From Psammoneis japonica (lineage: Eukaryota): a stretch of 64,000 bases of DNA. The notes beneath the pieces were generated by a model. The model was not told the DNA's origin. It worked only from the letters and a program-made list of their open reading frames with translations, and searched no databases. Positions within the stretch are counted from its first letter, which is position 1, and each line of letters starts with the position of its first letter. A program made the translations under genes and the position numbers. The stretch spans positions 310,001-374,000 of the forward strand of contig QPGO01000042.1 of assembly GCA_008632985.1 (NCBI GenBank). The letters are read 5' to 3'. This document shows, one piece after another, positions 53,009 to 64,000 of the stretch.

Positions 53009-53800
53009 TCAAGAATGACCGTTGAAACAAAAAACACCTCAAGCGGTGTTTCTACTCGTGGTTGCTAAGCGATACGAATACGAATCAATCTCCTTCTTCT
53101 TCAGCTCGATATCTTTTGCCAAGCCGTTTGTTTAAAATGCAATTCGGTGTACCGGTAGCTCTACAGTATTGAAAATACAGTAAACGCGAACGGCAATGAC
53201 GATTGCGCAGTGCTCTTTGCTTTTTCTTGTTGCTTGCTGTGTGCTGTGCTGTGCGAAAGTGCTGTGCAGGCGGTGTGTGTGCAGGTGCAGGGCGACGACG
53301 GAAATCGTTTCTCGTCGTTCACTCTTGTGTCCGTCGCAGGACAGACTGCGAATTTTGCGGCGAATTTGCTTCTCTGACATCACCCCATGTTTACGGAGAA
53401 ACCAGTACAGTTTCTACGGAAGATTCTTACCTCAACATCTACATATTGACATATTAAATACTGTTTACAGTATTCATTGGGTCGAATTAATAAATTATGA
53501 CTTGAATACCTGTATAAGATTTTTAGCTTTGTTTTGAATGAAGTCAATCGTTTCTACACGAGGATGTACATACAGGCAAGTTCAACTGGTTGACACCACA
53601 ACAGGCGCGTCGATAAACGAACGCAAATTCAGCACTCTTCCCGAACAAGTTGTTGCTGCCTCGGTTATTGGAATCATTTTCTGTGCAGTTGGGAGGAGGG
53701 GAACTCGGCTTGTCGGTTCTTCAAGGAGGTCATCTGCAGCAAACAAGCTTAAATTTGCTGCTGTGTATCACTGTCACGTTTTGTTGTAAAAATTGCAAAG

Positions 53801-54809
<1,009 letters not shown>

Positions 54810-55461
54810 CAAATGCTAAACGATTTAGGATGCAAGGGCGCGGCTTATGTAGCCCGTTATTCACACTGTACATCATCATGGTTTTAACAAACGCAATCGC
54901 ACGTACACCTTTTGTGCGCATGACATGTCTTTCTTGAGCTCTAGTAGGGAGCGTCAACCTATCTGCCACCTACAGATGGATTCGATGAGTAGTAGAAACT
55001 ACACACCGCGTTCTCGCTTTAACGGCAAGCCAGCACGAGGGCCCTAGATGCGCACAAGATAACTTCTCGAGTTCACTTTGGAACCACTCTTATCCTTGAG
55101 AAGATCGTCGAAGGACAACACGTTGACGGCCTCGACCGCCCGCAGGCGCGACATCCAACACGTCTGGTCGAGGGTCGGAGGTTCCGACAAGTTACGCGTA
55201 CAATTATCTTTGCACTAATGCCACGCTTGTTTGATTGAGCATCTATATCTTGCTATAGTAGAAGCGGATAATAGATAGTTTGCAACGATACGTTCTATAG
55301 TTCAACTTTAGCCCCAATACAGTACCGTACAGAAATAGAACTTGAGCCGTGCAAAGAAACGTGTGGCACAGCAAGGCAACAGAGAGAAGAGACGTTTGGT
55401 CAAGACTGGGATTGAAGAGGGCCAACAACTGCCGTGTAGGTATGGAAGAAGAAACCGACTG

Positions 55462-56636
55462 TTATGTAGCCTGTACACGTATAGTTTCATCCCCTGAATT
55501 CCGAATGGACGTTTGTTTTCTCACACCTCGTACTGTTATTTCCATCTTTCTAACCGAGTTTGTTTTCAATCCCTTTTTGTCAATGCTTGGTCGCACATAT
55601 TCATCCAAGTACTCGTTCAGGCGCTCGATAAAGTATGGTCTTACTTGCGAGTGAACATTGTTGTGCCCCATCCCTTCGATATAGATAGGTTTCGTCCGGC
55701 TACCGACTGGAATCGCTTCATACAAACTTTTGGAATGATGAAAAGGAACAATCTGGTCGTCTGATCCATGAATCAGAACAACCGGACACGCCATCATTGG
55801 ACACAAGTCAATGTTGGGAAACTTGTCCCCGTATAAAGTACAGCCAGAGTCTAACACTATTCTGTATACGGAGAGAAAGGGTGCGTGGAGAATCAAGCCT
55901 CCCACCGGGCCTTCTTTTGAATCATCTCTGGATTCGCTTGCTGAGCCCGCCGCAAGATGACACGAGGGCCCTGATCCCAACGATCTCCCAAATAGCACAA
56001 TGTTGCTAGCAGGAATACTCAAAGTATTGCGAAGAAAGCCGTAGGCGGCGTCAATATCAGCATAGCAATGTTCCTCGGAGGGAGGTCCTGTTTTCGAAAC
56101 GATTCGGGGCAAACGAGGAAGCAAGAGAGAAGAGAACGGGCGACAGCAACGAAGGTAGTGAAAGCGAAAAAGAGACGAACGATGGTTAGAGATAAAGTAT
56201 CAACAAAACTCAAATCGTTTGTACTCAAAGAAAGCTCAATCACAACGAACAGCATACACAGAGCCGTTCACGATTCACGGGTACGCTCCGCTCTCCACTC
56301 ACCCTGATCATAAGCCATACCATACCCCGTGTAATCGTATGCGAATATATTCACTTTCAGCATTTTGCTCAGGTATTTGCACCACGGATATATACTTCCC
56401 AAGTCTTCAGCATTCGCGTGCGAGTAAAGAACTGTTATGCCTGGTCCAGGGCCGTTCTTCATCAAATCGTCCCGTGTGACAGACGCCGAACTTACTCCAT
56501 CAGGAGTTTCGCGATAGCTTATGTAAAACGCTGGTATCCTAGACCCCCTTTCTGTCTTTATCCATACGATCTTGTGCTCCCTCAGCTTGGTGGGCGGAGG
56601 GGGCTGGAACAGCAAAGTGCTGACAGTATCACCCAT
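55462..56636 (-). CDS. ABHD17-like alpha/beta hydrolase; exons 56636-56303, 56087-55462
   Basis: LYSHANAEDLG, YDYTGYG, GRSLGSGP nucleophile motif, IHGSDDQIV, GHNN. Confidence 0.92.
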
Positions 56637-57568
56637 TGGTTCGCAGGACGGCAACCACTTCAACTCTTGCATAAATGGTTCTTCCACTAACTCTCACACT
56701 CTTAATTGCTAAATCTCTCTATAGAACGACAGGGTCTTCGTTCATTGCCGGTTATCGTCGTTGTTGTTGACTCCTTCTCTCTCTGTCGATGCCGTTCCCC
56801 ACGCTCAACGTGCTTGTGCAACAACACCACCGCAAACATTCCGCCCGCGGTGGCAGCACCCTGGTGAAGCGGGACTTAATATTATATAGAATGCCTTATA
56901 TAAATTTATGTCACATCCGTTGGATGATTAGTTTGAATTACATTAATTCTCGTAGGTTGATGATTTACGTAAGCTCAACGGACGATGTTTGAATTCCAGC
57001 GCGTTCCGTTATTTGCCCGCCGAATCTGAAATATTTGTCAATATGGTGAAACTAAAGGAACGATGATATATTTGAGTTGAACGGCAATAAGATGAAATTG
57101 GACAATTTTGTTATTTAGATTTCTATCCATAGCGACCCCTCAACGGCTTTACTATTGAAATTTTGTGTATATTATATGCTTTGAGCATGGATATCAAATG
57201 AACGGAAGTGTTGCGCCCACAAAATCACTACTACAACTCTCGAGAAAAGGAAGTCTCGAGTTGTCTCGTGACTGTGTTGCAGGACTTGCTGCCTGTTGGA
57301 AAGGCTTGTGGTGATCGAGAGTTGAGTCACGTTGGCAAACAGCTGGAGCAATGATGCATGGCGCATCATGATGGTCCTTCTTCAGCTGCAAGAGGAACTG
57401 CAAGATTGCCGTACCGGAGGTATTCCGGTCACTTCGTATGTATTGTAAAAGGAAAACCTAACTAGAGCCAAAGCTAGAGAGAAACTAACAAGGACGACTT
57501 TCCTAGGAGGAATGCTACAGTCCATACAGGTATCGTCATTGCTGCTTGTCTGGTCGTCAACCTCTACT

Positions 57569-58342
57569 TTATAGATCGTCCGTAAGATCCAAAACAAGAT
57601 GCTCTTCCCCTGGTTTGAATGCTGGTTTCCCCAGATAAGGGCAGCTGGCGCACCGGAAAGCATCGCCCAGTCCACATTTTCCACAAGAGCTCGTGGGAAC
57701 CTGCTTTGGCTTGGATTTATCAGCTTCTCCACTCTCGCGTTCTGCCCTGCCACAGGTGCAGTTATCGCATGCAGTTCTCCCACCGCAATCGTCCAGAGCC
57801 GATTTCACCGTGTCCGAAATCTCGGGAGGCGCTGCCAAAACTCCTTGCCCTTCCTCATCTAACAAGCCGTCTTCGTCGATTAAATCGTCCTCGTCTAGAC
57901 CATTCAACACCACAACCGGTTTAGGTTTCAAGTTGAGAGGAGCGGCGGTCGATTTCGCCTTTTGCTTTCTCGTTGCTGTAACCACCGTCTTTTCATTTTC
58001 TCGCCTTTCGGAGGCTCCCGAAAGTCCCGCCAGGAGAAACGAGGTATGGACGGGCTGCAAGTCGACTGCCGGGCTCTTTCCCAAGACATGAATTGAAACA
58101 GTCGCTCCGGGACTCAATTTCGAAACCCAACCCGATAGCGCCATGGGGTCATAACGAGCCGAAAGATCCTCTATCATTACGAACACCTCCATTTTATCGC
58201 ATGAATCAGGTGTAACATCCGAAAGTCCAGCCGAAACGTCTGCTGATGAGGCGACGGATACAACGCGAGCGCCGTCCGATGGCATATCAGCGGCAGCCTT
58301 GGAGGCCGATCCGAGGCAAATGCGCAGGTATGAGGACGACAT
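57569..58342 (-). CDS. DRE2: Anamorsin / Dre2 (CIAPIN1) Fe-S assembly protein
   Basis: [10 protein letters not shown] linker; [13 protein letters not shown] and [29 protein letters not shown] motifs. Confidence 0.95.
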   Translation of the reverse strand: MSSSYLRICLGSASKAAADMPSDGARVVSVASSADVSAGLSDVTPDSCDKMEVFVMIEDLSARYDPMALSGWVSKLSPGATVSIHVLGKSPAVDLQPVHTSFLLAGLSGASERRENEKTVVTATRKQKAKSTAAPLNLKPKPVVVLNGLDEDDLIDEDGLLDEEGQGVLAAPPEISDTVKSALDDCGGRTACDNCTCGRAERESGEADKSKPKQVPTSSCGKCGLGDAFRCASCPYLGKPAFKPGEEHLVLDLTDDL

Positions 58343-58700
58343 TGCTCGATAAGTTTATGAGATTACAGTCAGTTGCAACCCTCGTGAGGTTTCTGAGGAG
58401 TCCTTCTTTGCTGTTTCTTCGCTGTCTTCGTTGCTTTCTCCGACACTGAGTTCGGATTCGCGGCTTCAGCTTGCTTGAGGGAGTTTTGAGAGATTTCGAA
58501 AGAACGCGACCCCTCCAAAAATGGGCCGTAAAATCAACGTGGATTTTGTACTGACGAAAAGATACACCCAACCCCGACACCCGACACCCGAAAAAAAAAA
58601 AACGTGCCGCCGACAGTCAATCACGACGGATTGTGTTGGGTGTAGACTACTGTAGTCTCCCTCTCTAGTTCTAGCTACTAGTGAAAGCTTTCAAGGAAAT

Positions 58701-59675
58701 ATGCCGGCTTACACTCCTTCACGACTTCCAAGGCCGTCAACACCACCCGGTGTTCCTCCACCCAACGCGCAAAGGCCCAAGTCCAAGTTGTCCTTTGGCG
58801 TTGTCTGTTCCAGTAACATCAATCGTTCCATGGAGGCACATGTCGTGTTGGGAAATGCAGGTAAGCTCATTCTCGTTTTGACCGCAGCTCGCATGAGTTG
58901 TGCCTTTGATAATATCTTACTTTGTGGTGTTGACATACCTGCTGCTTCTTAGGCTTGACTGTGGAAAGTTATGGGACGGGGACGCAAGTTCGGTGTGTTA
59001 TTCTTCTGCTTCGTGGTATTTTCGTGTGTATTATGCTGCCGTTCTCACTTTCCGTGTCATTCTCACATCAATGCTTCTTAGCCTTCCCGGAAGGAGCGCG
59101 ATGGAGCCTCGAATCTTCAAATTCGGTACACCATACGAAGAGATGTACAACAGTATGAATGCAACTCCCGAAGACGCTGCTTTCTTTGCGCGAAATGGAG
59201 TCTCTCAGCTGTGTAGAAGAGGAGCAGCTGTCAAGGTCAGTGAGATGAATTATAGCGGGATTTGCTTTTCTTTGTTTTCATTTTCAAACACAACTCACCT
59301 TCTGTGAAATCCTTTTCTAATCGCGTTGCAATGTAGACAGCGCCACAACGTTGGCAAGATATGCCTTCAGAGTTTATTGCTACGCACGATGTAGTCATTG
59401 CCTTTGAAGAGAGAATTTTCGATGCAGTTGTCGAGGACTTACAGTTGAGAGAACCTACTGAAAACTTTGAACCTATTCATGTTGTTTGTCTAGATACCAA
59501 AGATAACCCACATGAAGCGCAGTTGCAGGGGCGAGTCGCATTGGAATTATGTTGGTTGCTGGAAGCAGAAGCGGATGATTTGGTGGGACAGGCGCCAGCC
59601 GTTGTAGATGCATTTCAGCGAGAGCGAATGACACACACGCCCATTAAGGTCTTGTATCAGTTGTGCTACTTGTAA
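58701..59675 (+). CDS. SSU72: SSU72 RNA Pol II CTD phosphatase; exons 58701-58860, 58953-58992, 59082-59235, 59337-59675
   Basis: VCSSNINRSMEAH catalytic motif, SYGTGTQVRLPG, PQRWQ, FEERIFD, DTKDNPHEA. Confidence 0.95.
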
Positions 59676-60523
59676 CAAGGAGACTCATTCAACACTTTTG
59701 AATCGATATCCTTTTGCCCGGATCATTGTGGTTGTGGCACAGGAACTCTAGACGATTCGTAGAAAGCAGATAAGAAAATGGTTTTGTTTAGGACGGGTAC
59801 TTTGTTAATCCAACTTTCAAAGTGGCTCAGCGTTGGACGGCAGAAAGTTACCGTGCAAGAGAACGTTTCGACTGCTCGTTTAGCCGAAGAAAATAGACTA
59901 GTTACCGGCACAAAATCTCCACAATGCCTAGATTGATGAGGATAAAAAGTTTAGCCTCCCGGCACACATGTAGGTAGTGACTAATGAACCCCTGGTAACA
60001 TTAAGTAATCGCTCAGACAAAAGCCTCCCTTCTAAGGAACCTGAACAGACACGTGCACTCCCAGCTTTTCACCCTTGATGATCACGCTACAGACAGGTGA
60101 AGTCCATGGTTGTGATCTAATGCGCCCTCCTTTTTCAGAATTGAGCTGATCTCACTTCCCATTTTCAAGTGTGTGCCAGGCACTACCACATAGTGCTTCA
60201 TGTTCTCTCTCACACACAAGCAACATGAGCTCTTTGTTCTGCAGCATCTCACTGTTTGCGTGTTCTTCCAAGAGCAACACACAAAAAAGAAGAAAAGAAG
60301 TGTGCCCATGCTGACTTCATCACAGCCATGCAAAAGTCTTGGCATTTGGCACATGTTGAGGATCTTCTTCAAGCATGGTCAGTTTGACCAGTTCAAGAGG
60401 ATTGCCTCTGCTTCTGCCAACACAGGTGCTCTGGTGATCCAGCCCCGGGTACAAAAGTCCATTGTTGCTGCTTTCATCATTAAAAAATCTTGATCATCCA
60501 GCAATGGCATGTGCAACATGCGT

Positions 60524-63500
60524 TGTCATGTACGTATTATATATGTATATCTATATATTAAATAAAAGTATATTTCAATCGTACGTCAATCGTGGGTTCG
60601 TACGAAGTACAGATCAGTCACACAGAAGTGATCGGATGTCGAGAATCGCAAATGCGATCGTACGATGATGTTGACATCTTATGTGTCAACATCAATCGTA
60701 TCCGGACAATCTGTCGTCACGATCATATTCTCCGAAAGGCCTTTTGTCTGTAGGAGCAGCACAAAAGGTTTAGGCTGTTGAGAACCCGTTCGGAGAAACC
60801 CAAAATGATTGCGCAGAAACAATTCTCACAATTTTCACCTTTTGAACTTCGTTCTACTTTCGTTTACACTCGTTCTTCGAGCACAGTGCATTGTGTATAC
60901 ACACCACAGAAGGTAATAAGTTCAAGATGAAGCTTTCACCTCATGTGACCAATGCCAAAACTTCGTCAAGGCAGGAGAAAATCGTCCCTCAACCGCTGGA
61001 ATCGAACTCCGAGCCAAAGAGCCTCAAACCGAGCCAGTGCCTCAAGATGGAGCAACGTTTTCATCCCCGAGAAGAAGGACAGCCGCACCTGCACCATCAA
61101 TGTTGAGTGCTACAAGAAACAAGGTGTCCCCAAGTTCATCGAATTTCTCAAGAGCTGCGATCAACTTCTGGTGGGCCAGAATGTCAGGAAGCAATCTGAC
61201 AAGTTTCGTCTCATGCGCATGTTACTCCAAGGAGACGCTCTACGTGCTTTCGAGAATGCGGCAGCGAACCTTGAAGACGAATCTGTGGAAGGAAGCTTCA
61301 AGAAATGCCTGCAACATCTCACGAGGCATGTGTTTCCCAAGAATGCACTTTCGGTGCAGAAACGTCATTTGCATCGTGATCTCAAGAAGCCGGAGTCCAT
61401 GAAAGTGCGCGAAATTGCTGCTTGGGTCCAGGAAGTCAACGAAGACCTCAAGTTCTATCCTCCCTTTGGGAAGGAACAGAAGATCGAGGACGACGAGCTC
61501 AAGGACATCCTCTTCAACCTTGCACCTCGAAAGTGGCAGCGTCAGTCGACCGTCCAGGGTTTCGAAATTTTGAAACACACCTGTGACGAGTTGGTTGAGT
61601 TCTTGGAGCGCCTGGAGGTCGCAGAAGACACATTTGATGGCATTCATGCCAAGGCTGATGGCAGTGGCGGTGCTGCATCAAAAGCCAAGAGTGGTTCCCA
61701 ACGTGGTTCCAAAAATGGTCACCAACATGGTGCCGAAAAATCTCAGTCCGAGAAGTGGTGCATTTTGTGCGAGAAATCCACTCACAACACGGACAAGTGC
61801 TGGTCGATCAAAAGACTTGTGAAAGAACGCCGTGGGAACTGTGAACCCGACCCGAAACGGCGCCGTTCAAATGGCAATCGCACGTGGTCTCGTCGCGACA
61901 ACGACAACGCCGCTCGCAAAGAAGAGTTGAATGCCACGGCGATCCAAGCAGTTCAAAAAATGCTCAAAGCGAGTTCTTCGAACAATGACAAAAAACACAA
62001 GAGCAAAGACCATGATTCTGACACCCTTGACGAGGAAAATTGTCAGTTTGAAAAAATGACGCGCAGTCATTCTGAGGAATGACTTGCACCGCAAGAGGAG
62101 TCTTGCGCTCTGCTGGACATTGGGAAGCCCAGAAAAAGGGCCAAAGTAATTCACACTAGTCCAGCAGTCGTCGCCCATGTGAATGCTTCATTGGGTGAGG
62201 CGAAAAACAAGCCTCCACGCATTCTCCTCGACAGCGGAACATCGTCAACCACAATTTTGCGCAAATTCACGCGGAAACTCAGAACAAAAACATCCGCCAC
62301 CAAACTCTGGGAAACCAAAGGAGGGCTCTTCACGACTGATGGTCGATGTAAGATCCAATTCTCCTTGCCCGAATTTGACAAACATGAGATGATTGAAACA
62401 ACGGCACATGTTGACAACTCCCCTTCTTCTTCGAGTCATTGTGACATGATCATGGGACGCGACTTAATGTCAAGTCTTGGGGACAACATTGGACTTCTCG
62501 AATGAAGAGATTAAATGGGGAAGATGCAACTGCTCCCATGAAGAATGTTGACACACTCTTCGATGCCGATGTTTTTAAGTTGATTGCCGATCACATTGAG
62601 GAATCTCATGCAGTGATTGGTCTTGATGACAGGGTCAATCGGATCCTTGACTCAGACTGTCACGCTGCAAACCTCAATGATGTGACCGCAGCAGCCACTC
62701 ATCTAACTCCTGAAGAGCAGAAGCAGCTGAACTTCCTCTTAAAAAGATTTGAAAACCTTTTCGATGGTTCTCTGGGCAAGTGGACCGGGAAACCGGTGGA
62801 TTTAAAGTTGAAATCGGGCATGAGTCCGTGTCGTGCCAAACCATTTCCCGCACCACAAGCCTTGGAGGCGACCACTCGCAAAGAGGTTGAAAGACTGTGC
62901 AAGTTGAAAGTCTCAAGAAAAACAAACTGTTCTGAATGGGCGGCTCCAACCTTTGTTCAACCCAAGAAAAATGGCAGAGTTCGGTTCTTGTCCGACTTTC
63001 GTGAGCCAAGTGAGAGGTCAATTCGTGCTCCGTTTCCTCTGCCCAATGTTCAGGATGTGCTGCAGAAGCTCGAAGGCTTCATGTGTGCAACGTCCCTGGA
63101 TTTAAACATGGGACACTGTCACATCGAATTGACGCCGCGCGCACGTCACTTGTGCACGATCGTCATGCCTTGGGGCAAATGTGAGTGCTGTGGACTCCCG
63201 ATGGGAATCTGTGGAGCTCCAGATGTTTTCCAAGAGCACATGAGTGAGCTCATGGCAGGTCTGGAGTTCGTCAGAACTCACATTGACGACATGTTGTGTC
63301 TTGCAAAAGGCGATTTTCAAGACCACCTCAAGAAGCTTGAAACGGTGTTCTTGCACCTGGAACAAGCCGGATTGAAGGTCAACGCCGAGAAGCCCTTTTT
63401 CGCCAAACCCGAAGCAGACCATCCAGGCTTTCATGTCACCCGCAAGGGCATCAGCCCAATTCCAAAAAAAACAGAAGCGATTCACGCGATCGCAACTCCT

Positions 63501-64000
63501 GAAACTCGCAAGGAATTGCGGCGCTTTGTCGGTGTGATCAACTGCTGTCGAGACATGTGGCCTCGACGATCTCATGTTTCAGCTCCTTCAGCCAAACTCA
63601 CTTCTACCCAAGTAAAGTGGCAATGGACCGAAACAGAACAAAAAGCCTTCGAAAACATGAAGCGCATCATCTCCAAAGATGTGCTGTCATCATACCCGAA
63701 TTTTAACGCACCCTTTGAGATGTGTGCCGATGCCAGTAATTCTCAATTGGGGGCGGTTGTTACTCAGAAAAACCGACCAATTGCCTTCTACAGCCGCAAG
63801 CTGAATGGAGCGCAAACGCGTTATGCTACAACAGAAAAAGAACTATTGTCCATAGTGGAGACGTTAAAAGAGTTCCGCAATATACTGTTTGGCCAACAGA
63901 TAAATATATATACGGATCACAAAAATCTCACACACAAAAATTTCACAACGGACAGAGTCATGCGTTGGCGTCTAATAAAATAGAAGAATACAGTCCCAAA
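60524..64000 (+). mobile_element. Ty3/Gypsy LTR retrotransposon, 5' part (putative LTR ~60524-60908, gag, protease, RT, RNase H)
   Basis: gag with CILC..H..C knuckle (60952-62082); ILLDSGTS protease; RT WAAPTF..SDFR..LDLNMG..THIDD; RNase H ADAS..IAFYSRKL..TEKELL..YTDHKNL. LTR limits inferred only. Confidence 0.92.

Overview
Eukaryotic, most likely pennate-diatom DNA (bipartite plastid-targeting peptide, CoDi-like Copia elements, short spliceosomal introns). Layout: 5' end of a plastid-targeted ClpS-like gene (1-291, -); a ~48 kb block of decayed transposons (three to four Copia elements, one nested, LINE and hAT-like remnants, a 396-bp MITE, a repeat family with a GIY-YIG-like motif, and a 17/20-bp satellite); an intact tRNA-Met at 48750; a gene-dense ~11 kb island (CUE protein, C3orf33/SNase-like, BET1 SNARE, AK3-type adenylate kinase, ABHD17-like hydrolase, anamorsin/Dre2, SSU72); and a Gypsy element running off the right end. 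The strongest signal is mutational. Repeats have lost nearly all TpA dinucleotides by TA->TG or TA->CA (A-to-G on either strand), turning conserved Tyr into Cys/His. The change arose after integration, has sharp boundaries, spares TYTA/TARA contexts and spares host genes. This looks like an adenine-directed analogue of fungal RIP. All counts are by eye, not computed.
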